Part shown: positions 15,586-22,907 of the stretch, piece by piece
Layout: each line of letters opens with the position of its first letter
How positions within the stretch are numbered: position 1 is the first letter of the stretch
Virus record (IMG/VR): IMGVR_UViG_3300027872_000001
Direction: 5' to 3' (one strand)
DNA: 64,000 nucleotides
DNA from: a virus
The notes under the pieces: generated by a model
What the model was told of the DNA's origin: nothing
Databases searched by the model: none
What the model saw: only the letters and a program-made list of their open reading frames with translations
Made by a program: the position numbers and the translations under genes

Positions 15586-16334
15586 CACCGCGCGGGGGCA
15601 AGAGAAAGTATTTCTGGACCGAGGAGCAGGACGAGTTCATGCGCCAGCACTACAACGGAAAGGTTGCAGGTCGAGCAGCCTGGATTGCCAAGGAGTTTGA
15701 CGACTGGTATCCAGTTTGGCAAATCAAGAAACGTGCTGGAGTGTTGGGCCTGACAGTAGCAGCAGACCGGCGCAACTGGACGGAGGTTGAGGAGAAGTTC
15801 CTCCGTGATTACCTATGCTCTGCCAGTGCGCAGTACATAGCCAAGAAGCTCAAACGCAGCCTTGCTGCGGTCATGCTCAAGGCCAAGCGGGAGAAGATTC
15901 GGCGCGTAGCGATCAGGGAAGGCTACACCTTGCACCTATTGGAGCAATGCTTCGGGATGGATCACAGAGTTATCCAGCGTTGGATGAAGGAGAAGAAGCT
16001 CAAAGGGAAACGGCGCGGAGAGAACGGAGATCGAAGCACTTGGCATTTCACCGAGCGGGACGTGCTGGAGTTCGTGATTGCCTATCCGTTGGAGTTTCGG
16101 TTGGACAAGGTCAATCAGGCTTGGTTCATGGACTTGCTTACTGGAGGCCGGGAGAACGCGGAGCGGTCAACGGTCTGTGTCATGTGTGAAAGATGGCCGG
16201 GGGATGATCCTTATGTGCATCACAGGCCGACAGGCGACAACGAGGCCATGGAGATCTGGATTTACTGTCGAGGGTGCAGCGTTGTACCGAAGAAAATGGC
16301 GAAGAAGGAGGAACAGAATGGGTTTAACGATTGA
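15582..16334 (+). CDS. Myb/SANT-like repeat DNA-binding protein (tentative)
   Basis: Two W-x-E/T-E-E/Q-D/E-x-F-hy repeats (FWTEEQDEFMRQHY and NWTEVEEKFLRDYL). C-terminal Cys cluster CVMC...CRGC. Confidence 0.6.
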   Translation: MTPRGGKRKYFWTEEQDEFMRQHYNGKVAGRAAWIAKEFDDWYPVWQIKKRAGVLGLTVAADRRNWTEVEEKFLRDYLCSASAQYIAKKLKRSLAAVMLKAKREKIRRVAIREGYTLHLLEQCFGMDHRVIQRWMKEKKLKGKRRGENGDRSTWHFTERDVLEFVIAYPLEFRLDKVNQAWFMDLLTGGRENAERSTVCVMCERWPGDDPYVHHRPTGDNEAMEIWIYCRGCSVVPKKMAKKEEQNGFND

Positions 16335-16536
16335 AGAAAAGGTCCCTGAAACCGTCAGTGGTGAGTGTCCGTTCTGCAAATGCGACGACATACAGGGAGA
16401 CTCGTTTGACGTTGAAGGGAACCACGTCTACCAGAGAATGTTTTGCCTTGGGTGTGAATCATCATGGGACGACGAGTACAGGTTGGTGCGCCAAGCGAAC
16501 ACGGACGGGCGCACGATCACAAAGGAGGACAAATGA
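16318..16536 (+). CDS. small zinc-ribbon protein
   Basis: ORF 16078..16536 trimmed to the ATG at 16318, after GAAGGAGGAACAGA. CPFC...CLGC. Confidence 0.55.
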   Translation: MGLTIEEKVPETVSGECPFCKCDDIQGDSFDVEGNHVYQRMFCLGCESSWDDEYRLVRQANTDGRTITKEDK

Positions 16537-16667
16537 AACAGATAACAGTGGATGAGATCAAAGAGGAGATCCGCTTTCAGATCAAAGCATTGGAAGCGAA
16601 CGTCAACCTGGAATTACCCCAAACCGTATACGCTCGGCTCTTGGAGTGGATTGAACTGAAACGCTAG
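16533..16667 (+). CDS. small hypothetical protein (44 aa)
   Basis: ATG at 16533 within the 21-nt TIR AAAGGAGGACAAATGAAACAG, which is shared with 17543..17563. Confidence 0.5.
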   Translation: MKQITVDEIKEEIRFQIKALEANVNLELPQTVYARLLEWIELKR

Positions 16668-16819
16668 GAGGTTGATTGGAACTGTTTTTGTTTATCACTG
16701 GACTCTCACTGGCTGTGTGTACCGATGGTGGACCAGAGTGGGTGAGGAAACTGGCATTGCATGGATGGGTGGTCGCATGGCTGCTGCACGTCTATTGCTG
16801 TGCATGAGAAAGGACCGGA

Positions 16820-17425
16820 ATGCCACTGGATAGCCTGAAGTCGGCCAAGGAACTGGCGAAGAACAAGCCTCACGGTACGAGGATGAAGTATCTAGGCGGG
16901 TGTCGTTGTCTGCCTTGCAGGGGAGCCTACTCGCAGTACGAAACGGATCGGCAGCGGGAGATCCGTGAGAGTGGACGAAGTACAGGTTGGGTTTCTGCTT
17001 CCAAAGCCAGAGAACACCTGATCGGGCTGTCAAAGAATGGTGTCGGCAGAAGATCCGTGCATCATGCCAGTGGAGTGGCTGACTCGATTTTGCACGAAAT
17101 CAAAATGGGTAGGCGCAAGCGGATCTTTGCGAAGACGGAACATCGGATTCTACAGGTTGACGAAACAGCCAAGGGTGCAGCGGGGATCGTACCAGCTGGA
17201 CCGACGTGGGAACTTATCAACGAATTACTCGAAGAAGGCTTTACCAAGTCGTACTTGGCGAAGCGTCTAGGGCGCAAGGTTCCTGCACTTCAGGTACACA
17301 AGGAGAGGGTAACGGTAAAGACCGCAGTCGCAATCGAGCGGCTGTACGGCGACATTATGAGGAACGGGAGATCGGAAGGGCCAGAGGCCAGACAGATACG
17401 GAAGAATTACCATGACCGACGTTAG
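16820..17425 (+). CDS. putative DNA-binding protein with HGT..Y..GCRC..C motif
   Basis: ORF track, 201 aa. KPHGTRMKYLGGCRCLPCRGA is at the N-terminus, and the protein is basic and helical. Confidence 0.6.
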   Translation: MPLDSLKSAKELAKNKPHGTRMKYLGGCRCLPCRGAYSQYETDRQREIRESGRSTGWVSASKAREHLIGLSKNGVGRRSVHHASGVADSILHEIKMGRRKRIFAKTEHRILQVDETAKGAAGIVPAGPTWELINELLEEGFTKSYLAKRLGRKVPALQVHKERVTVKTAVAIERLYGDIMRNGRSEGPEARQIRKNYHDRR

Positions 17426-17554
17426 ACAAAAGAAAGGAGGGCCATTGGATGAACGAAAGAAAATGACCAGGACAGACGTTTTTGAACGAATCGTGCTGCT
17501 AGGCCTGTCGGTAGCGGCAGCGGTAGCACTCAACGGTTGCTGAAAGGAGGACAA

Positions 17555-17734
17555 ATGAAACAGCCAATCAAGATCACGGTCGAGAAATCGGTACTGATTG
17601 CAGCGAGACAGAAGGCCATGGGGAAGGAGACTGTAATCAGCAACATCATTGAGGGGTTCTTGTCCCTGTGGATTGCGGGGAAGCTCGCGGATCCGGAGGA
17701 GTTGATGAGGGAAGTGGAGGAGGCCCAGGTATGA
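17555..17734 (+). CDS. ribbon-helix-helix-like small protein (tentative)
   Basis: ORF 17537..17734 trimmed to the ATG at 17555. MKQPIKITVEKSVLIAARQKA is RHH-like. ATGA overlap with the recombinase gene. Confidence 0.5.
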   Translation: MKQPIKITVEKSVLIAARQKAMGKETVISNIIEGFLSLWIAGKLADPEELMREVEEAQV

Positions 17735-18315
17735 AACGCGCTGCGATTTACGCACGGATCTCAACGGTGCGCCAAGACGAAGGCATGCAGTTGGAGGACT
17801 TGCGGGAGATGGCGAAACGGCGCAAGTGGGAGGTCGTCGAGGAGTACGTTGACCGAGGGGTGAGCGGAACCAAGGAGTCCCGAGAGGCTCTGGATCGAAT
17901 GATGGCAGACGCGAAGCGGGGGAAGTTCGACATTGTCATGGTGTGGAAGTTTGACCGCTTTGCGCGAAGCCTACACCATCTGGTTTCTGCCTTGAGGGAG
18001 TTCAGCGAATTGGGGGTCCAGTTCGTTTCACACCAGGAAGCCGTGGATACGTCAACACCGATGGGCCGAGCTATGTTCGGGTTAATAGGCATCATGGCCG
18101 AATTTGAGCGCGAGCTTATTAACGAACGGGTATTGGCTGGACTGGACAGAGCCAGAAGGAACGGGACTCAACTTGGTCGCAGGGAGACACAGTTCGACGA
18201 GGCTTGGGCTCTTGTGCTGCGCCACGAAGGGAAATCCTGGAGGAAGATCGCTGAACTGGTAGGGGTCTCAAAGTCTGTGCTGCACCGAAGGATGAAAGAG
18301 AAAGGAGTGATATGA
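17731..18315 (+). CDS. small serine recombinase (resolvase/invertase type)
   Basis: ORF 17668..18315 trimmed to the ATG at 17731. AAIYARISTVRQ carries the catalytic Ser, followed by DRFARS, GIMAEFERELINERV and a C-terminal HTH SWRKIAELVGVSKSVLHRR. Confidence 0.9.
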   Translation: MKRAAIYARISTVRQDEGMQLEDLREMAKRRKWEVVEEYVDRGVSGTKESREALDRMMADAKRGKFDIVMVWKFDRFARSLHHLVSALREFSELGVQFVSHQEAVDTSTPMGRAMFGLIGIMAEFERELINERVLAGLDRARRNGTQLGRRETQFDEAWALVLRHEGKSWRKIAELVGVSKSVLHRRMKEKGVI

Positions 18316-18725
18316 AACCAAAGAAAGAGGAATGGAGATATCTAGGAAGGCGTCTCGACCCGAAGAATAAAGTCTTCCATGTCTGGCACGACGGCGACGA
18401 AGAGCGTCACTTCAACAAGCTCCCGTCAAGCTCGCCCGGATCCTTTTACGAAGTCGAGGTCTCGCGGAAAGGAGATTCGGTAGTCGTTCATGGGAAACCC
18501 ACCTTCTTGATGATCGCAGAGAAGGACGACCCCATTAGCCTGAAGGCATGCGCGGATGATCGAGCCGTGTCGATAGAGGTCGAGTCGAAACGCGCTGAGA
18601 AGGCTGGAGCGTATAAGGAGCTAGAGGAAAACCTGGAGGCTTTGCGATCTCTATATTTTCGACAAACAGGAGGCCGACGTGCTGCGTTTCTGGCTCACGT
18701 CATCCAAAGATTAACGAAACGATAG
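18312..18725 (+). CDS. hypothetical protein
   Basis: ORF track, 137 aa. ATGA overlap. Confidence 0.6.
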   Translation: MKPKKEEWRYLGRRLDPKNKVFHVWHDGDEERHFNKLPSSSPGSFYEVEVSRKGDSVVVHGKPTFLMIAEKDDPISLKACADDRAVSIEVESKRAEKAGAYKELEENLEALRSLYFRQTGGRRAAFLAHVIQRLTKR

Positions 18726-18736
18726 GAGGGACGAAG

Positions 18737-19357
18737 ATGAAAGTATACCAAGGCCGAAGGGGAGAGAACGGAATTTTTGTTGTTGTTAAAAACGTGACGG
18801 AGAATCTACACGATAATTTACCCCACGTTGAGTGCCACTCACCGGATGGGTTCGAGTGGGGTTACGGGGGCAGCGGACCAGCGGATCTGGCTCTGGCGAT
18901 CCTGACCGACTGGTTTGAGGAAGATCCAGTCAAAGTACAGACGTATGCACGAACAGGCGAGGGTGATCCGTCGTCGTCGGTCCACTTCCACCAACAGTTC
19001 AAGGAAAAGCTCATCGTGGGGTTGCCAAGGAAAACCTGGACGATCACGGACGAGGAGGTCAAGAAGTGGTTCGGTAAGATCGGTGCGCTGTGCAAGGACT
19101 GTAAGCGGGGCATGTACGAGTCGGACGGGTGTCGGGAGTTTGTTATCCCGATGAAAGACGGGACCAATGCACCGCCGGTCAAGCACGGCGAGGAAACCAG
19201 AGCGGATTGGGGAAGTGACGGAGGTCGCTGCCACGACTGTGGCGCGAAGGTTGGGCAGTTTCATCACCCAGGCTGTGACGTGGAGGAATGCCCGAAGTGC
19301 GGGGGTCAGTTAATTGGCTGCAGCTGCGTGAAATACGCGGACGAGGAGGAAGAGTGA
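18737..19357 (+). CDS. hypothetical protein with C-terminal zinc ribbons
   Basis: 206 aa. HSPDGFEWGYGGSGPADLALAIL block, then CHDCG...CPKCGG...CSC. Confidence 0.65.
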   Translation: MKVYQGRRGENGIFVVVKNVTENLHDNLPHVECHSPDGFEWGYGGSGPADLALAILTDWFEEDPVKVQTYARTGEGDPSSSVHFHQQFKEKLIVGLPRKTWTITDEEVKKWFGKIGALCKDCKRGMYESDGCREFVIPMKDGTNAPPVKHGEETRADWGSDGGRCHDCGAKVGQFHHPGCDVEECPKCGGQLIGCSCVKYADEEEE

Positions 19358-19587
19358 TTGATTTTATAGTGGAAATCCACGATCAATATGGTGCTTCGCA
19401 TATTCTTGGTGTGATCGGTGTCGGGCTTTACGTCACCGCTTTAATACTGAGGCCTTTAGTGGTGCGCTACTGGCCCGACGCTAAAGAAAAGTTTGTTGAC
19501 CCCTGCCCGTTCGCGGACCCGCGAGGAAGTTCTGCCCAGGTCAGAGCTTGGGAGAAATTAGAAGAGAATGAAAAAACACGCCATTAA
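19354..19587 (+). CDS. small membrane protein
   Basis: GTG at 19354 (GTGA overlap, SD GAGGAGGAAGA). TM segment ILGVIGVGLYVTALIL. Confidence 0.45.
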   Translation: MIDFIVEIHDQYGASHILGVIGVGLYVTALILRPLVVRYWPDAKEKFVDPCPFADPRGSSAQVRAWEKLEENEKTRH

Positions 19588-19840
19588 GCCTGGATCGAAC
19601 GGGAAGGAAGGTTGGTGGTATGAGATCATGCCACTGACCTTCGACCGTGCCAGGATCGTCCTGACCGATGGGTACTCTGTTGACGATGGATGGTGATACG
19701 ACTCACCAGGGTTGGCAGTTGTCGGCCTTGCGACATTTGATCCTAAGACGATGGATGAACCGGAAGGATGGATGCGAAACCTGTCAACGGCTCGACGCCG
19801 GCCAGGGGGTGACCCCAAAAAGGAATATATTCGACGATGA
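19568..19840 (+). pseudogene. 90-codon reading frame interrupted by a single in-frame TGA (19694..19696)
   Basis: MKKHAIKPGSNGKEGWWYEIMPLTFDRARIVLTDGYSVDDGW-TGA-YDSPGLAVVGLATFDPKTMDEPEGWMRNLSTARRRPGGDPKKEYIRR. Both halves are stop-free in the same frame. Confidence 0.35.
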
Positions 19841-19906
19841 GGTTGGCCGTGACGCGGTTAACCGACAGTCCCGCAAGCTCTTACACCCCTCAAAGTAAAG
19901 AGTACC

Positions 19907-19917
19907 CTAACATTCCC
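19907..19917 (-). promoter_or_regulatory. GGGGARTGTTAG motif copy at the convergent junction
   Basis: Plus strand ctaacattccc. No leftward gene follows, so it faces the 3' end of the rightward block. Confidence 0.6.
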
Positions 19918-19966
19918 ATCCGTGACTGAACGGCTCAAAAAACCCTAGCAAGGCTCACTGAGAGTA

Positions 19967-20287
19967 TCACTCCTCCGGAGGATCTACCAGTTCTGCTTCC
20001 GGGGTTTCCTCCGGGGGGCCCGCCTGTCGTGGAGGGTTACCCAGAAGGACCGCTGCTTCCTGCATTAACTGGTCTTCCATAATCCGATGATCGGTTTTCA
20101 TGCGGGAGTACCGATCCAGCCAGCCTTTGAGTTTATTGCTGAACAGCCTCTCCTCGAGTAAGCTCCGATCAAAGCCCTCCTTTTGCTCAAGCATCATGCG
20201 GGAGAGCGAGTCAACGTCGTGCTGCTCGTGGAGCTGGTCCGAGCGATCGGACTTTACAAGGGACTGGTCGGGTTTTTCATCGACCAT
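19967..20287 (-). CDS. hypothetical coiled-coil protein
   Basis: ORF 19967..20371 (TTG start) trimmed to the ATG at 20287, after TGGAGGATACTC. Confidence 0.55.
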   Translation of the reverse strand: MVDEKPDQSLVKSDRSDQLHEQHDVDSLSRMMLEQKEGFDRSLLEERLFSNKLKGWLDRYSRMKTDHRIMEDQLMQEAAVLLGNPPRQAGPPEETPEAELVDPPEE

Positions 20288-20367
20288 GAGTATCCTCCAG
20301 AGAAATTTAGAGAGAAGGCGTTGAAACCACAGCGAGAATCTTACCCGCAGCCGGTGACGAATGGAAG

Positions 20368-20739
20368 TCAAAAGTTCACCTTTTTTTCGTGATTGTCATT
20401 GAAGTAGTTCTCCAACGGCCAAAGACGATAGTGGACGAGGCCGCGGCCGAGTTTGATCCGGATCCGGTCCTTCATGTGCCGATAGCCATCCCATGAGAGC
20501 TGTAGCGTCTGACGACAATCGGTTGGTTTTATCCTGTACTTGGCTCTCATTTTGAATAACTTGAGCTCTACGGGAGTGAGGACCCGGGAAGCGACGATAT
20601 CGAAGTCAACAATGAAGTCTTGGAGAAGTGGGTCATCGGCCAGTAAGCGAGGGTCTGCCTCACCCAAGACTTCATACTGAATGAAGCACTCAGTAAAGAT
20701 GTGAGAGGCGGCGGCGTTAGTAACTCTAAGAGGTTTCAA
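20368..20739 (-). CDS. sigma-70 region-4-like HTH protein (tentative)
   Basis: LTPVELKLFKMRAKYRIKPTDCRQTLQLSWDGYRHMKDRIRIKL follows the region 4.2 pattern L-s/t-p-x-E-x-x-h-F...h-S-x-x-x-h-x-x-x-h-x-R-h-x-x-K-L. Confidence 0.4.
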   Translation of the reverse strand: MKPLRVTNAAASHIFTECFIQYEVLGEADPRLLADDPLLQDFIVDFDIVASRVLTPVELKLFKMRAKYRIKPTDCRQTLQLSWDGYRHMKDRIRIKLGRGLVHYRLWPLENYFNDNHEKKVNF

Positions 20740-20960
20740 TCAATAGATTCCAGAAGGTCGGCTAGTTCATCTTCAAGAGGCACAGCCTCTTCGAAGGGTT
20801 GATCGGCCTGGTCCTGTACTGATTGGTCCTCGTGTGCTGCCAGCGGCAGCGGAGATAAGTCTGGCGGTTCTTCATCGAAGAGTGGCGCCGACTCGGGGTG
20901 AGTGGAATTACTACTGAGTTTAGTGAAGAATTTACTAAATCCATCCTTCCGCTCATTCAT
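20736..20960 (-). CDS. hypothetical acidic protein
   Basis: ORF 20736..21044 trimmed to the ATG at 20960. The upstream part of the ORF is made of GGTGAAAGG repeats. Confidence 0.4.
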   Translation of the reverse strand: MNERKDGFSKFFTKLSSNSTHPESAPLFDEEPPDLSPLPLAAHEDQSVQDQADQPFEEAVPLEDELADLLESID

Positions 20961-21013
20961 GGTTTTATGCAAGAACTGGAAGGCTGGTGCACAACATGTG
21001 TGCAGCTGGATAA

Positions 21014-21110
21014 GTGGTGAAAGGTCCCTGGAGCCAGAAGACATTCTTTTTCAGTGACTTCAGAGGGAAGTGGTGAAAGGTGGTGAAAGGTCCCTGGACA
21101 CTTTTCACCA
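21014..21110. repeat. TGGTGAAAGG iteron set A (3 direct + 1 inverted) including the 19-nt repeat GTGGTGAAAGGTCCCTGGA x2
   Basis: 19-mer at 21014..21032 and 21080..21098. Tandem tggtgaaagg at 21071 and 21081. Inverted cttttcacca at 21101. Confidence 0.85.
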
Positions 21111-21247
21111 GAGTTAAGATCTTTTCTATCAAGAGGATATCCTGTGTAAATGTATTGGGTGCAAGGAAAGGGGGTCATAACTCTTTCTATAAATCTCTAA
21201 AAGGGTTTCCGGGTTTCCTATACTAAAGTCTTGGAAGAGGGGGGGGT

Positions 21248-21320
21248 ACCTTTCACCATCCTGTAAGTCCTTTCTTGTCAGGCTCTAATTTGGTGAAAGG
21301 TGGTGAAAGGTGGTGAAAGG
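21248..21320. repeat. TGGTGAAAGG iteron set B (1 inverted + 3 perfect tandem copies)
   Basis: acctttcaccat at 21248..21259. tggtgaaagg x3 at 21291..21320 (10-bp period). Confidence 0.9.
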
Positions 21321-21550
21321 TGTTTTAGTCAGCTAAAACAAAACAAGGGGGTTTTCGGGGTCAGTCAAATACTTTGCTGATTTACTACGCACCCTATTCA
21401 CCAAACCGGCTCCCGAAATGGTGCAAGGGTGCATGCTATTTGACCATCTTTTTTATTTGACCCGGAAACTACCCACCTAACCCACACTCTCTCTATCCTC
21501 CCGATCTCGTATTTATACACTTATCTCTGCATAAATCTTTGCTGATTTCG

Positions 21551-21728
21551 CTAACATTCCCGAGGAGATCCAGTACCTAACACTCTCCCTCTGTTGTGTG
21601 AAAGATCCCACTAACATTCCCTGTACTGAAGCCCCTATCTAACACTCCCAGGGAACACCGTTCTAACATTCCCCATCCCTCCATCCCTCATCAATCTGGC
21701 TCATAATAGGGACGCTGCTAACACTCCC
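21551..21728 (-). promoter_or_regulatory. array of 6 motif copies
   Basis: ctaaca[ct]tccc at 21551, 21611, 21639, 21663 and 21718, plus the variant ctaacactctccc at 21577. The 21718 copy supplies the stop of 21718..21930. Confidence 0.7.
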
Positions 21729-21930
21729 CTGGTACCGACTCTTTCCCACCGTCGCAGCAGGACTCGAAGTAGCCGCATTTGCGACAGAGCTGCTTGTCAC
21801 GGACGTGTACGGTCTTCGCTCCGCAGAGCGGGCAGCAGTAGTACGCTTTAAGGCTCATTCCCTCGGGCCAGGCCAGAGGCTCCGGTCCCAGGACCCAATC
21901 GTTGTCGAGCGGTCTATCTCCGTCAGTCAC
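21718..21930 (-). CDS. small zinc-ribbon protein
   Basis: ORF 21718..22032 trimmed to the GTG at 21930, just before the stop of the upstream gene. CCPLCG...CRKCG. Ends GEC*. Confidence 0.45.
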   Translation of the reverse strand: MTDGDRPLDNDWVLGPEPLAWPEGMSLKAYYCCPLCGAKTVHVRDKQLCRKCGYFESCCDGGKESVPGEC

Positions 21931-22195
21931 TCTCTCTCTCTCCCCTTTGCAGGTGTTCGTAGATATACATTCTGAGTCGGAGCCGTGATTCGTCCTTGGC
22001 GTGACCCAGGACACTACTCTCGTTCTCCTCATCCCCGACGTAACAACGAGCCTGAATGTAGAGCTTCCTATCTTCGTGGAAGCCCACCCAGGACCCTTCC
22101 TTCAGCGGCCAGGACGAACATAGTTTCCAACCCGTCCACTCGACCTTCCAACCTTCCTCCAGGTGAGCTGTTGCCTTCAATGCTCGTTCACTCAT
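21923..22195 (-). CDS. hypothetical protein
   Basis: ORF track, 90 aa. The ATG lies exactly 12 nt downstream of the motif at 22208, with no SD. Confidence 0.55.
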   Translation of the reverse strand: MSERALKATAHLEEGWKVEWTGWKLCSSWPLKEGSWVGFHEDRKLYIQARCYVGDEENESSVLGHAKDESRLRLRMYIYEHLQRGERESD

Positions 22196-22207
22196 GACGT
22201 TGTGCAG

Positions 22208-22218
22208 CTAACATTCCC
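22208..22218 (-). promoter_or_regulatory. GGGGARTGTTAG motif copy
   Basis: Plus strand ctaacattccc, 12 nt upstream of the ATG at 22195. Confidence 0.7.
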
Positions 22219-22219
22219 T

Positions 22220-22462
22220 TCAATACGTTGGGGGCCATGAATCACCGTGGCCATCATCCCAAGGCTGAGGGTCCTTCATGTTCGATTGCGTGGGTGCCCT
22301 CTTGTGACTGTGCCGTTTCTCCCAATCCTTCTTCATATCCTTGAGGAAGTCCCACCACCAGATGTTCAGCTGGTGATGCTGCGCACCATACAGCAAGCTG
22401 AGTAGGAGAAGCCAGAGGACCAGTAGCCCGATGGCGATCCACTGGAGGGTTTCGTTGTCCAT
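22220..22462 (-). CDS. small membrane protein
   Basis: 80 aa. TM segment WIAIGLLVLWLLLLSLLYGA. Confidence 0.6.
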   Translation of the reverse strand: MDNETLQWIAIGLLVLWLLLLSLLYGAQHHQLNIWWWDFLKDMKKDWEKRHSHKRAPTQSNMKDPQPWDDGHGDSWPPTY

Positions 22463-22672
22463 CTACCCCAACACTCCCTCTTTGGTGTCGATAATGACGG
22501 GCGAGTGCCACAGTGGATGCTCTTTGACGATTCTCATGGGGGTCCCCCCGCTGCGCAGCGAAGACCATCCGACGACAAAATCCTTACCTTCACCGTCGAT
22601 GGCTCTGATCATGTAGCGCATTTCGTCCCGGTAGAGCAGTTTTTTGAACCATTGAGTCCACTTGTTATCCAT
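22463..22672 (-). CDS. hypothetical protein
   Basis: ORF 22463..22699 trimmed to the ATG at 22672 (MDNKW...), after AGAGGG. An alternative GTG at 22699 lies 12 nt after the motif at 22712. Confidence 0.5.
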   Translation of the reverse strand: MDNKWTQWFKKLLYRDEMRYMIRAIDGEGKDFVVGWSSLRSGGTPMRIVKEHPLWHSPVIIDTKEGVLG

Positions 22673-22892
22673 CCCTCTGCGGTCCTTTTCCTTCCCCACA
22701 CTGACGCTTTGCTAACACTCCCTCGTCCGGATCGACGCCCATTGCCCTCATCTCTGCGCGGATGGGCCGTAGATCAATCGTTCTTCGCCATTTTCGGCAC
22801 TTGCAGCAGAACTCCTCGTAGCCTTCCCTGGATGCGTGGACCTGGGTGATCTGGTGATTGCTGTTCTGTGGGCAGACTCCTAAGCTCATCAT
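22665..22892 (-). CDS. small Cys-rich protein
   Basis: ORF track, 75 aa. The ATGATG start lies 4 nt after the motif at 22897. Confidence 0.5.
   Translation of the reverse strand: MMSLGVCPQNSNHQITQVHASREGYEEFCCKCRKWRRTIDLRPIRAEMRAMGVDPDEGVLAKRQCGEGKGPQRDG
22712..22722 (-). promoter_or_regulatory. GGGGARTGTTAG motif copy
   Basis: Plus strand ctaacactccc. Lies inside the 3' part of ORF 22665..22892. Confidence 0.6.
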
Positions 22893-22896
22893 CTAA

Positions 22897-22907
22897 CTAA
22901 CACTCCC
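22897..22907 (-). promoter_or_regulatory. GGGGARTGTTAG motif copy
   Basis: Plus strand ctaacactccc. Its TAG is the stop of 22897..23352 (REC*). Confidence 0.65.

Noticed and set aside
20957-21178. Track ORF 20957..21178 (minus, 73 aa)
   Set aside because: It is generated by reading through the TGGTGAAAGG iterons (duplicated PGTFHHLS) and has no start context.
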